The position numbers and the translations under genes are program-made. 64,000 nucleotides of DNA from Sphingobacteriaceae bacterium UBA6709 (GTDB lineage Bacteria; Bacteroidota; Bacteroidia; Sphingobacteriales; Sphingobacteriaceae): NCBI GenBank assembly GCA_002454425.1, contig DKIV01000043.1, forward strand, positions 69,364 through 133,363, in the 5' to 3' direction. The notes below the pieces were generated by a model. That model made no database searches. It saw nothing but the letters and a program-made list of their open reading frames with translations, and had not been told where the DNA came from. Position 1 is the stretch's first letter, and the number at the start of each line of letters is the position of its first letter. Shown here one piece after another: positions 19,603 to 29,399 of this stretch.

Positions 19603-20202
19603 TCAGTGCTTCAAGTTCATTTTCTTTTTCATCTTGCTGAAAAATTCTGCTGTTACGCCCAAATAGGAGGCGATGTATTTCTGCGGCAGATTTTGAACCA
19701 GCAATGGATACTTATCACTGAATTTTCGATAACGGTCTTCTGCAGACAGACTCAGGTTATCGGTAAGACGATTCTGGATGCTTACCAGTGAGTTCTCAGT
19801 TATTATGCGGAAGAAGTGCTCGAACTTAGGTATCTCTCGACATAACGTCTCCTGATTAACCTTTGAGAGCTGCAACACTTCGGTAGTTTCCATCGCCTCA
19901 ATATTTAGAATTCCGGGTTTCTGGGTGATCAGACTGTTCATGTCAGCGATCCACCATCCGGGAGGGGCAAAGCTGAGAACATGTTCCAGGCCGCAGGCGT
20001 CTATTGTGTATCCCCGCAGGCAGCCTTTAAGAATGAAGGTGGAATATTTGCATACTTCTGACTCTCTGAGAATAAACTGCTTCCGCTTCACCTGAACTAG
20101 ACGTAGTAAATTTCTCAGGTAGTTAATTTCGTCTTCATCTGGGTTTATATGTTTTCTGAGGTGTTCAACCAACAGATTTAAGCTTGCTCTTTCGGGTATC
20201 AA
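19603..20202 (-). CDS. Crp/Fnr-family transcriptional regulator
   Basis: cNMP-binding-like N-terminal part and C-terminal HTH (QKYIASYLGVTAEFFSKMKKK). Only a TTG start is available at 20202. Confidence 0.8.
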   Translation of the reverse strand: MIPERASLNLLVEHLRKHINPDEDEINYLRNLLRLVQVKRKQFILRESEVCKYSTFILKGCLRGYTIDACGLEHVLSFAPPGWWIADMNSLITQKPGILNIEAMETTEVLQLSKVNQETLCREIPKFEHFFRIITENSLVSIQNRLTDNLSLSAEDRYRKFSDKYPLLVQNLPQKYIASYLGVTAEFFSKMKKKMNLKH

Positions 20203-20555
20203 AATTTATCGATTGTTTAGATAAAGGTAAGGAATTGTAGCAAAAATAAGTCATAATTGTCCTTTTAAACTTTAGGAACAAAATTGGGAACCGCGCTCTT
20301 GTGGCAATGACTGAAACCGGCATTAGTCTCTATTTTAAAGTAATAAACTTGCTCATAGATAAATAATTATGAATTTTTTTCGTCGTATTCTATATGTGAC
20401 GAAAACTATCTAACCCGTTATTATCAGACATTGGCATATTGATTGAATGATATGTTTCAGATTCGTCAAGTAAGGACGACGTTTAAGAGGGGAGAGGCTG
20501 GAAAATAAACACACACTTAGCTTTTCCCCCAATGTTTAACTTAAAATGTATTGAC

Positions 20556-21083
20556 ATGAAAAGAACAGTAAAACTTTTGACAGGACTTTCGTTGATGGGC
20601 TTGTTATTTGTAAATAGCGAAACCAAAGCACAAACAGCAAATGATTCGGAAGCATGGAGGCTTGGCGTATCAGTAAACCCGGGTATTGCCACTAAAGATC
20701 CATATGGGTTTGTAATCGGTGGGGACCTACGCTTGCAGAAGGATTTTGTGGGGCCTCTGTCTCTGACATTGACTACCGGATTTACGCATTTTTCGGTGAA
20801 GGACGAATTTAAGAATACGCTTGCTGATGTTCCGTATAATGTTATTCCAGCTAAGGCCGGACTTAAGGCTTATATTTCTCCGCACTTTTACGTAGGAGGG
20901 GAAGTGGGTGCTGGATTTGCTACCAGCAATGACATGGGAACATCCTTTGTATGGTCGCCAAACCTTGGGTATTCTTTTAATAACGGAATTGACATCGGAG
21001 TGAAATACGAAGATTATACCAAATTTGATAATACCAAGCAAGTGGCACTAAGAGTCGCTTACGGATTTAATTTGAGTAAGTAG
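20556..21083 (+). CDS. Small outer-membrane beta-barrel protein
   Basis: Signal peptide ending ETKAQ, alternating strands, terminal aromatic residues (VAYGFNLSK). Start placed at ATG 20556. Confidence 0.6.
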   Translation: MKRTVKLLTGLSLMGLLFVNSETKAQTANDSEAWRLGVSVNPGIATKDPYGFVIGGDLRLQKDFVGPLSLTLTTGFTHFSVKDEFKNTLADVPYNVIPAKAGLKAYISPHFYVGGEVGAGFATSNDMGTSFVWSPNLGYSFNNGIDIGVKYEDYTKFDNTKQVALRVAYGFNLSK

Positions 21084-21109
21084 ACACGAACTTCATAAAT
21101 ACAATAAAA

Positions 21110-21143
21110 GGGAGTAGCGGTAAGTATCGCTACTCCCTTTTTA
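21110..21143 (+). terminator. Intrinsic terminator
   Basis: GGGAGTAGCG (21110-21119) pairs with CGCTACTCCC (21128-21137), followed by T5. Confidence 0.8.
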
Positions 21144-21224
21144 TATTTGTATCCTCGTAGATCAGGTTAATGAAATGTCAAAATAGTATTAACTTTATTA
21201 AATGCGAGCTTTAAATTAATATCT

Positions 21225-21232
21225 TACATTTG
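21225..21232 (+). promoter_or_regulatory. Bacteroidota -7 promoter box (TACATTTG)
   Basis: Exact TAnnTTTG match ending 6 nt before ATG 21238. Confidence 0.45.
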
Positions 21233-21237
21233 CGCAA

Positions 21238-22266
21238 ATGAAGATTCTGTACGCTATTCAGGGAACGGGCAACGGGCACATATCGAGAGCTATGGATCTC
21301 GTTCCCCGCTTGAGACTGAAGGCCGATGTCGACGTTCTTTTAAGTGGAATACAGGCAGATCTGCCGCTTCCCTTTGACGTAAAATTCAGGATGCATGGCT
21401 TGAGTTTTATTTTTGGTAAGCGGGGAGGTGTAGATTACTATAGTACTTTCATGCGTAATACGGTGAGGTCCATAGTGAGAGAAGTTCGTTCCTTGCCAGT
21501 TGAAGATTATGATCTGGTGATAAGTGATTTTGAACCTGTATCAGCCTGGGCATGTAAGCTACGCAAGCAGCGTATTATCGGATTAAGTCACCAGGCAGTA
21601 GTAATGTCGGAGAAGGCGCCTCAGCCCGAGCATCGAGATGCCATGGGCACATTCTTTCTAAGACATTACGCGCCGGCTGCAGATAGCTATGGTTTTCATT
21701 TTCAGTCGTACGATAAGGGTATTTTTACTCCGGTAATCAGACGCGAGGTTCGGGAGCAGGTGATTGAAAATAAAGGACATTTCACAGTCTATCTGCCGGC
21801 GTATGACGATGAACATCTTATAAGGCATTTAAGGTCTATTAAAGATGTGCAATGGCACGTGTTCTCCAAGCATTGTAAACAAGCTAAGTTTTTTGAAAAT
21901 ATATTCATTCAACCAATAAATAACGAAAGGTTCATAGAGAGCATGGCGTCGGCAGAAGGGGTTTTATGCGGCGCAGGGTTTGAAACACCCGCAGAATGTC
22001 TCTTTATGGGCAAAAAACTAATGGTAATACCTATGAAAAATCAGTACGAACAGCATTTTAACGCTGCCGCGCTCCGCACGATGGGGGTGCCTGTAATTAA
22101 AGAACTTACGGTTAACAGTCATTCAAGTATTCGCGAATGGACAAGGAACGGCCAGCGTATTACGGTGAATTATCCCGAGATAAGCAATGAGGTGGTAGAA
22201 CTAATCGTCAATCATCGCGAGTCTGCAAAGCAACCTTCTGCGGAACATCTTAACGTTTACGGATGA
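21238..22266 (+). CDS. Glycosyltransferase family protein (MJ1255/MurG-like GT-B)
   Basis: N-terminal MKILYAIQGTGNGHISRA and C-terminal GAGFETPAECLFMGKKLMVIP resemble the TIGR00661-type family. Confidence 0.65.
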   Translation: MKILYAIQGTGNGHISRAMDLVPRLRLKADVDVLLSGIQADLPLPFDVKFRMHGLSFIFGKRGGVDYYSTFMRNTVRSIVREVRSLPVEDYDLVISDFEPVSAWACKLRKQRIIGLSHQAVVMSEKAPQPEHRDAMGTFFLRHYAPAADSYGFHFQSYDKGIFTPVIRREVREQVIENKGHFTVYLPAYDDEHLIRHLRSIKDVQWHVFSKHCKQAKFFENIFIQPINNERFIESMASAEGVLCGAGFETPAECLFMGKKLMVIPMKNQYEQHFNAAALRTMGVPVIKELTVNSHSSIREWTRNGQRITVNYPEISNEVVELIVNHRESAKQPSAEHLNVYG

Positions 22267-22677
22267 TAGTATTCTGAGCATGGGAGAAGGATGTTTTTTA
22301 TTAAGCCGCGGAAATAGCCCTTCTCCTTGTAGTTTGACCTTTTCAATAGCATATTAACCGTAAACAATTGTAAGAAATGTTTAATAGTACTAATTTATTT
22401 TGCATTTTTTGTTAAAAATGTTAACTTAGCCCCTGCTTAAACGTATGCAATGCCTTATTTCCTTGCATGCCTTTGGCTATTTAGTAATCATAATTACTTT
22501 TAGATAGAAAACCACATCTTATAGAGAAAGATTTACGCACATGAAAGATAATTATTCTTATAAGTAAGGGGTTAATGTGTTGTTTCTCATTTATTTATAA
22601 GTAATCGATTATTAGCTTAAATGTATATTAAAGAAATTTTAAATAGATGGTCATTCCCATCACTACTTTGAATTGTA

Positions 22678-23088
22678 ATGATTAAGTTATTTGCAGGCGG
22701 ATTTCCGCGTGATCTTGAAGATCTTGAACTAAGGGAAATTTTTGAGCAATTTGGAACCGTTGAATCTGTAAACATTGTCAGAGATAAACATACTGGCATT
22801 AGTCGTCGTTTCGGATTTGTTGACATGTCCGACGAGCAGGGGGCAGCCAGTGCTATTGCCAATTTGCACGAAGCGAGCATTGATGATGAAACGATAAGTG
22901 TTATTCTAGCCGACGACAGACAAAAAGAAAAAGAAGAGGCTAAGAAGAGAGCGGCTCAGAAAGTGAACATCAAAACTATGAAACCAAGACCCAAATTTAA
23001 AGGCGGCCCACAGAAGGTAACCTATACAAAAGTGGCGCGTGCCGGTGACAGTCCAGCGCCAGGAAAGAGACCTCGTAAACGTATCTAA
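22678..23088 (+). CDS. RRM-type RNA-binding protein with a basic C-terminal tail
   Basis: RNP2-like KLFAGGF, RNP1-like RRFGFVDM, Lys/Arg-rich tail. Confidence 0.88.
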   Translation: MIKLFAGGFPRDLEDLELREIFEQFGTVESVNIVRDKHTGISRRFGFVDMSDEQGAASAIANLHEASIDDETISVILADDRQKEKEEAKKRAAQKVNIKTMKPRPKFKGGPQKVTYTKVARAGDSPAPGKRPRKRI

Positions 23089-23198
23089 TTGGCCGCTGCC
23101 AATAGCATTAATACATATTTATTAAACCATGCCTGAACCTCTAGGCTTGGCATGGCTTAATATTATGTGCCTTATGAGGAGGAATGTGGGCTTAAAGA

Positions 23199-23414
23199 TT
23201 ATGCCGGGCGTCGTTTGCCGAGTAAGACGATGACAACACCACCAACCAATAAGATAGCGCCGGCATAAGGAGGCCATGTTACTCGTTCCTGTTTATCTGC
23301 CGATACTTCAAGCGGACCCGCGTCAATAATCTTTTCTTTTTTTGTAAAAGAGAAACCTGTCCAAATCAACATCGCAGCTCCAGCGATGATAAGAATGATG
23401 CCTAGCGTTTTCAT
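23199..23414 (-). CDS. Small two-TM membrane protein
   Basis: 71 aa with two hydrophobic helices (GIILIIAGAAMLIW and YAGAILLVGGVVIVLLG). Function unknown. Confidence 0.55.
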   Translation of the reverse strand: MKTLGIILIIAGAAMLIWTGFSFTKKEKIIDAGPLEVSADKQERVTWPPYAGAILLVGGVVIVLLGKRRPA

Positions 23415-23583
23415 ATAAAGAAGTTTATAGTTTTATGGGCCTGAGCTCTATTTGTTCAGAAAATAAAGCTTCATGATCATACTTTTATAAGTACGTCTAT
23501 ATATGTTATTTGTTTGTGCTTATTGAGTTTTTAAGTGCTTGTTGGTTGCTAAGGTAATGAACGTCAGTCTGTTCTCGCGAGGC

Positions 23584-25488
23584 TTAACTGGAGTATTCCT
23601 TTAACAGCTGCCTGTATTTGTTGAGTATTTGCGACTTGGATATGAAGCCGAGAAATCGCCCTTCGTCGGTCGTTACCGGAAGTACCCAGATGCCGCTTTC
23701 GTCAAATATACGCGTGATGGCAGCTACATTTTGCGTCGGATGAGCTACTGCCAGGGGAACTTTCTTTAGATCATTTAAGCTCACCTGCCCGCTATCGTGG
23801 TTGTCGAACATATATGGGCGCAGGTCATCAATATTTATGGTTCCTTCAAGCATTCCCTGATCATCTACTACCGCGACAACATTGCGTTGTTGCGTCTTAA
23901 AAATATTCATTAAATCTTCAAAGCTGGCTTTGCTATTTATCGTCGGGGCATTTTGTTCAATAAGCGAAGAAGTGCTTAATAAGGATAGTAGATTTCTATC
24001 GTGTTCCCTTGTAAATATCTTGCCTTTGTTTGCCATTTCCTTTAAGTCGGGTGATATTGGTGAAAACCACCGCGCAACCAGGTAGGAGATAACAGTAACG
24101 ATCATCAAGGGAATGAAGAGGTCGTAACCTTCACTGGACTCCGCTATAAGGAAGACAGCCGTAAGGGGAGCATACATTACGCCGCTCATGACGCCGGCCA
24201 TGCCCGCGAGTACAAGATTTGTTTCCGGTACATTGGGAATGCCTAAGGCGTGAAATATATTGGCAAAGAAAAAGCCTAAGATACCTCCTGAGAAAAGTGA
24301 AGGGGCGAAGTTTCCACCATTACCTCCGGCATAGATGGTAAAGCCTGTGGCAAACACTTTCAGCAGACATATAAGGCCCAGGAATACAATCACAAGCAAT
24401 TTGGAGCTCTCGAGATATCCGAAAAAGCTATTACCGAAGATACCGTCAATGCCGTGAGCCGTAATTTCCTTAATCGTTTGATAGCCTTCTCCGAAAAGTG
24501 GGGGAAAGAGAACGCATAATACCGATAGCAAAGCGCCTCCCAGCATTGCCTTCTGTAGTTTAGAAAATCGGAGATGCTTAAAGAAATGTTCAATTTTTGA
24601 GGAAATAATAACGAAATAACGAGCGTAAAAGCCACATCCTAATCCCAATACTATGTAAAAGGGAATGTTAGGATAAGCGAATTCATTGCGTGCGGTAAAG
24701 TGGAAGAGCACATCTTCGTTAAGGATCATCTTGGATATCAGTGATCCACAAACGGCAGCTACAACCAATGGAATGAAATCGCTAAATACCACACCGGTAA
24801 GTAAGATCTCGAACGCGAACATGACCCCCGCGATTGGAGCATTAAAAGCGGAGGCAATACCCGCTGTGGCACCCGCGGCTAATAACAGCGTGCGATACCG
24901 GTAGTCAAGTCCGTATGTTTTTGCAAAATTAGATCCAATAGCCGACCCTGTTACTGCGATAGGGCTTTCAAGTCCTGCCGATCCACCAAGGCCAACGGTA
25001 ATGGCACTCTGGATTATTTGGGAGTACATCTTTACCGAGGATACCAGGGAGGAGTTTTGAGCGATTTCGTGAAGTATCGCCGGAATACCTTTACGATCTT
25101 GCCCCCTAAAGAAAAGTATTACGGTGAGCACGGTAAGCACAATTCCAAGGAAAGGGAAGATGGCATAAAATAAAATGGATTCCGAGAAATGAACTTTCCC
25201 GGTGATGATAAAGTGGATATATCCGACTAAAGCTTTGAGTGTTACACCCGCTAAACCCGCGGTGATGCCGACCAATATTCCCGATAACATAAGGAATTGG
25301 TTTCTACTCATTTTACTCTTCAGCCAGTGAATAAATATTTCAAAGCCTCGCGCTTTTCCTATACTATATTTCGTAAAATCTCTTTTAAACTTTAAAAAAC
25401 TGTGGTATTTCTTAATGGTATTAAAGCTTTTCAAACCGGGGGTGTTTGTATATGGTGATAAATTCGCCGCAAAATCGCCGCCTGACAA
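23584..25488 (-). CDS. ClC-family chloride channel/antiporter with C-terminal CBS pair
   Basis: GSAGLESP, GGNFAPSLF and multiple TM helices, plus two CBS-like repeats at the C-terminus. The track start is TTG 25488. The first ATG is codon 60, which would cut conserved N-terminal sequence, so the start is uncertain. Confidence 0.85.
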   Translation of the reverse strand: MSGGDFAANLSPYTNTPGLKSFNTIKKYHSFLKFKRDFTKYSIGKARGFEIFIHWLKSKMSRNQFLMLSGILVGITAGLAGVTLKALVGYIHFIITGKVHFSESILFYAIFPFLGIVLTVLTVILFFRGQDRKGIPAILHEIAQNSSLVSSVKMYSQIIQSAITVGLGGSAGLESPIAVTGSAIGSNFAKTYGLDYRYRTLLLAAGATAGIASAFNAPIAGVMFAFEILLTGVVFSDFIPLVVAAVCGSLISKMILNEDVLFHFTARNEFAYPNIPFYIVLGLGCGFYARYFVIISSKIEHFFKHLRFSKLQKAMLGGALLSVLCVLFPPLFGEGYQTIKEITAHGIDGIFGNSFFGYLESSKLLVIVFLGLICLLKVFATGFTIYAGGNGGNFAPSLFSGGILGFFFANIFHALGIPNVPETNLVLAGMAGVMSGVMYAPLTAVFLIAESSEGYDLFIPLMIVTVISYLVARWFSPISPDLKEMANKGKIFTREHDRNLLSLLSTSSLIEQNAPTINSKASFEDLMNIFKTQQRNVVAVVDDQGMLEGTINIDDLRPYMFDNHDSGQVSLNDLKKVPLAVAHPTQNVAAITRIFDESGIWVLPVTTDEGRFLGFISKSQILNKYRQLLKEYSS

Positions 25489-25616
25489 GTGCCAAACAGA
25501 TACAGGAGCGTATTTTAATACTTGCTATGTCGCAAATTTAAGCTTATAGAGACAGAATAGAATAATTATTGTGAAATTTCTTTTTCTGTCTCTAGAAATT
25601 GATGCAGCGTTGGCGT

Positions 25617-25778
25617 TTAGAATATCTTGCTTACCAGCCAAATTACTAAGGCAATAATTACAACTACAAAGATAATCCCCGTCCAGACACCCGCCTTGAA
25701 GATGTCTCCGATCAATTCACAACTCTGCAAATTCAGAGCCAGTGTCACTAACAATAGATAGATGCTATACTTTTTCAT
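25617..25778 (-). CDS. 53-aa lipoprotein-like small membrane protein (not in the ORF track)
   Basis: Hand translation gives MKKYSIYLLLVTLALNLQSCELIGDIFKAGVWTGIIFVVVIIALVIWLVSKIF. It has a lipobox-like LQSC and a C-terminal TM helix. Confidence 0.4.
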   Translation of the reverse strand: MKKYSIYLLLVTLALNLQSCELIGDIFKAGVWTGIIFVVVIIALVIWLVSKIF

Positions 25779-25920
25779 ACTCGCTAAAATTTAAGGGTGC
25801 CGTCAGTATTTCATTTACAGAACTGGCGACGTATATGTATAGAATACAAGTATCGGTCGTCGAAAGTTTTTGGTTACTATGTAAGAGTTGCAATTACGCA
25901 TGGGGGAGCTATCCGAGCGG

Positions 25921-26232
25921 TTACATCATGTCGAAGCTTTGTATACTTAATTTTTCCATCCACTTACGCCCATTCCATTTAACCCAACTATTGTCCTGCT
26001 CATCGTAAACATAAAAGCGGGTAACGCGGGCATCGCGATGGTGTGCCAATTCAAGGATCTTATGATTCTCGCTGGCCGCCATATTGTTCATGCGTTCAAT
26101 AAGGTTTTCACGGAATAGGGAACAGGCAATAATTTGTCCGTCAGAGCTTTCATATGCATCAGAATGTAACAAGATGAATACTTCCATATCGTATTGGTGT
26201 TTAATTGTTGGAGATATATCAGACTGTGTCAA
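25921..26232 (-). CDS. Hypothetical protein
   Basis: 103-aa ORF (or 88 aa from MEVFILLH) with no recognised motif. It is the only long ORF in the 25.8-26.3 kb gap. Confidence 0.3.
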   Translation of the reverse strand: MTQSDISPTIKHQYDMEVFILLHSDAYESSDGQIIACSLFRENLIERMNNMAASENHKILELAHHRDARVTRFYVYDEQDNSWVKWNGRKWMEKLSIQSFDMM

Positions 26233-26387
26233 AGTCAGAGAACCTCACATCATAGTTAGTTTTCAATAAATTTATGCAGTTAGCATAAATTTTGCAAATT
26301 TAATCCTGTTCAATAATTTCTCATTACCCATTGTTTCTAAATAAGCAAGTATGCGAACATTTTAGAAAAACTATACTTTATATTTTT

Positions 26388-27875
26388 ATGTACGGAACTA
26401 TTCTCAGTATAGAAAATATTCGTTTTTTCTCAGAGGGAAGGACAATTTTTCAGGATGCACAATTTAAGATAGAAAGAGGGCAGCATATGCTCATTGAAGG
26501 GCCAAGCGGAAGTGGCAAGACGGCGCTGTTAAAGATCATTGCTGGTCTGCTTAATACCCCGGCAATTTTTAACTTTCCGGGATTTACGCGCGAGGTAGAG
26601 AAAGCAAGACACGTCGACCCTCTTTATACTCCGTTTCGCTTAATTGCTTTTGTACCTATGAAGCATCATTTTCGAGATAAGTCGAACAGCAGAAATTTTT
26701 ATTATCAACAACGCTTCAACGCTTCAGACTCGGAAAGTACTCAAACGGTTGGTCAATATCTGAAAGGGATAAGCGTTGATATCGGAGTAAATCTCGAAGA
26801 GCGATACTATGAGAGTCTTAAAATTGGGAATTTAGCCGATCGATCCCTTATTCAGCTGTCCAATGGAGAAACCCGTCGGGTATTGATCGCTGCCGCACTT
26901 ATGCGCAAGCCTCAGGTATTGGTGTTAGACAACCCCTTTGCGGGGCTCGATGTTAGTATGCGGGCTGTACTTGATAAGGTGCTTCAGGAATTGGCTGCTG
27001 AAGGTACACATATCGTGTTAAGCAGTCATGCGAGTGAATTTCCCTCGGTGATCACACATATTGGCGCTATCAAAGACGGAGGTGTACATATCGTAAGGCG
27101 CGATAAATATGTGCCACCGGTCAAAAGCAATGGAATTAAGTTTAATCGCCAGGCGCTTAACGACTTATTGTCGAAAGAGTATAATCATGGTTTTCGGGAA
27201 TTGATAAGCATGAAGCACGTGAATATTAGCTACGGTGACAAGCAGGTCCTTCACGATGTTAACTGGAGGGTGCTGCCGGGCGAACGGTGGGTGCTTTCTG
27301 GAGAGAACGGTGCAGGAAAGTCGACGTTGCTAAGCTTGGTAAATGGCGATAATCCGCAGGCTTACGCCAATGACATTATCCTTTTTGACAGGAAGCGGGG
27401 TAGTGGCGAGACTATCTGGGATATCAAGAAGAATATTGGATTTCTCTCTCCTGAACTTTTTCAGTATTTCCCCTCAGGGTCCAGCTGTGCAAAGGTTATA
27501 GAGTCAGGATTTTACGATACACTGGGATTATTCAGACCTTCAAGTCCGCGTTTACAAAGCAAGGTAAAGGCGTGGCTAGCACTGATGGGATTGGAAAAAT
27601 ATGAAAATACATTATTCAGTAAGCTGTCGGCGGGCAGTCAACGTCTCTGTCTGGTAGCCCGTGCCATGGTCAAGAACCCCGCGTTGCTCATTCTTGATGA
27701 ACCTTGTCAGGGACTGGATGAGACGCAGCGTGAGAGTTTTCTTAATATGCTTGATCTTCTTTGTGACTTGAGTACAGTGGCTATTGTTTATGTAAGTCAC
27801 TATCAGGAGGAAGTTCCGCAATGTATAAAGCATCGTCTTAAGCTTAACGAAGGCCGGGTTGTGGAGAATTACTAA
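26388..27875 (+). CDS. Tandem-domain ABC ATPase without a permease (ModF-like)
   Basis: Two Walker A motifs (GPSGSGKT, GENGAGKS), two signature motifs (LSNGE, LSAGS) and two Walker B motifs (LVLDNP, LILDEP). Start placed at ATG 26388. The track ORF starts at TTG 26331. Confidence 0.85.
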   Translation: MYGTILSIENIRFFSEGRTIFQDAQFKIERGQHMLIEGPSGSGKTALLKIIAGLLNTPAIFNFPGFTREVEKARHVDPLYTPFRLIAFVPMKHHFRDKSNSRNFYYQQRFNASDSESTQTVGQYLKGISVDIGVNLEERYYESLKIGNLADRSLIQLSNGETRRVLIAAALMRKPQVLVLDNPFAGLDVSMRAVLDKVLQELAAEGTHIVLSSHASEFPSVITHIGAIKDGGVHIVRRDKYVPPVKSNGIKFNRQALNDLLSKEYNHGFRELISMKHVNISYGDKQVLHDVNWRVLPGERWVLSGENGAGKSTLLSLVNGDNPQAYANDIILFDRKRGSGETIWDIKKNIGFLSPELFQYFPSGSSCAKVIESGFYDTLGLFRPSSPRLQSKVKAWLALMGLEKYENTLFSKLSAGSQRLCLVARAMVKNPALLILDEPCQGLDETQRESFLNMLDLLCDLSTVAIVYVSHYQEEVPQCIKHRLKLNEGRVVENY

Positions 27876-27889
27876 AAAAACTTCATCGT

Positions 27890-28963
27890 ATGGAAATAAA
27901 CCAACACACATATGATATCTTTCTTATTGGTGATACCGGCGACATTTCTACCGGCAGGAGCGATCCTGTTTTGCGTTGCCTCTGTGCGCATCTCGACAAC
28001 GCGCAGCCTTCAGCAGTGATCTTTTTAGGTGACAATGTTTATCCTCGCGGTCTGCCTGCCCAGGGACATCTCCTGCGTAGCAATGCCGAGCTTATCCTGC
28101 AAAAGCATTATGACGCATTGAAAGATTACAAGGGGCGTGTATTTTTTATCGCCGGGAATCATGACTGGAATAAAGGTCGAGATGATGGGTATGAGTATGT
28201 GAGGCGGCAGGGGCAATATCTGGACAAGCTGTTCGGAGGTCAGAATGTGTTCCTCCCCTCAAATGGCTGCCCTGGCCCCTCCGAAGTTTCCCTTGATGAG
28301 CATATTACCATAATTGCCATTGACACGCAGTGGTGGATGCAGAAGGGATATCGTCCGGCGGGAGCACATGACGGCTGTTGTGCCTCTGGTGAGGATGACT
28401 TTTTCGAGCAGATGGAGCGCTTGCTCGAGAAAAACAGAAACAAGCTGGTGCTTATCGCGGGGCATCATCCGGTATATAGCTATGCTATCCATGGTGGTCG
28501 TTTTAAGCTGAAACACCATCTTTTTCCCCTGACGATATACGATAAGAACGCGTGGCTGCCTTTGCCAGGAATCGGCTCCTTGTTGCCTTTGTATAGAAAA
28601 CTTCTAGGTGCGCGCGAGGATATGGCGCATCCGCGCTACCGGCGGTTCAGAGCGCGAATGAAAGAGCTGCTTCGGAGATACCCCGGCGTAATATATGCCG
28701 CCGGACATGAGCACAACCTTCAATATATAGAGAAATACGGCACGCACTTCATTGTGAGTGGCTCAGGATCTAAGGTGAAATATGTTGTGCAGTCAGGGAA
28801 GCATCTACGCTACGGACATAAGCATAAAGGATTCTTCAAGCTTCGCGTAGGATCTGACGGCAGCGCGGAGTTATCGGCATGGTGTATCGATACTTCCGGG
28901 AAGAAGCCTCTGGGGGATATGGAATACTGTCAGCAGATCATTCCACCGATGTCGCCGCTCTAG
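27890..28963 (+). CDS. Calcineurin-like metallophosphoesterase
   Basis: GDTGD, GDNVY, GNHDW, GHHP and GHEH motifs in canonical order. Confidence 0.8.
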   Translation: MEINQHTYDIFLIGDTGDISTGRSDPVLRCLCAHLDNAQPSAVIFLGDNVYPRGLPAQGHLLRSNAELILQKHYDALKDYKGRVFFIAGNHDWNKGRDDGYEYVRRQGQYLDKLFGGQNVFLPSNGCPGPSEVSLDEHITIIAIDTQWWMQKGYRPAGAHDGCCASGEDDFFEQMERLLEKNRNKLVLIAGHHPVYSYAIHGGRFKLKHHLFPLTIYDKNAWLPLPGIGSLLPLYRKLLGAREDMAHPRYRRFRARMKELLRRYPGVIYAAGHEHNLQYIEKYGTHFIVSGSGSKVKYVVQSGKHLRYGHKHKGFFKLRVGSDGSAELSAWCIDTSGKKPLGDMEYCQQIIPPMSPL

Positions 28964-29070
28964 CGTTTTAATAACAGGTGCTGCTGTTCGTTTCGATAGT
29001 TTTTATTGACGGAAAAGTAGTAGATTTAGTTTCGCGTGACACGCGACAAATTATTTATCACTATTAGAAG

Positions 29071-29355
29071 ATGACACAATACATTATCACCGGAACTGAT
29101 TTTTCGGATGCATTCGACCGTCGCATGGAGGCACGGGAGCAACACCTGGAGGGGGCACGTAAATTTAAAGCTGAAGGGAAGCTGCTTTTCGCGGGAGCCT
29201 TTTTAAACGATGCAGGCAAGATGGCCGGCTCAACAATGGTGTTGCAATTTGAACAAGAGGCGGAATTGCACGCCTGGCTGGAAAGTGAACCATACATCCT
29301 TCATAAGGTATGGGAAACAATAGACGTTAAGGAAATTAAAATTCCGACATTATAG
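29071..29355 (+). CDS. YciI-family protein
   Basis: 94 aa. Size and pattern (REQHLEGARKFKAEGKLLFAGAF) fit YciI-like proteins. Confidence 0.7.
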   Translation: MTQYIITGTDFSDAFDRRMEAREQHLEGARKFKAEGKLLFAGAFLNDAGKMAGSTMVLQFEQEAELHAWLESEPYILHKVWETIDVKEIKIPTL

Positions 29356-29359
29356 AATC

Positions 29360-29394
29360 AAAAGCTCGCAGATAGAACCGGTCTGCGAGCTTTT
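29360..29394. terminator. Bidirectional terminator between convergent genes
   Basis: AAAAGCTCGCAGA (29360-29372) pairs with TCTGCGAGCTTTT (29382-29394). The flanking A and T tracts serve both strands. Confidence 0.8.
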
Positions 29395-29399
29395 GAGTA

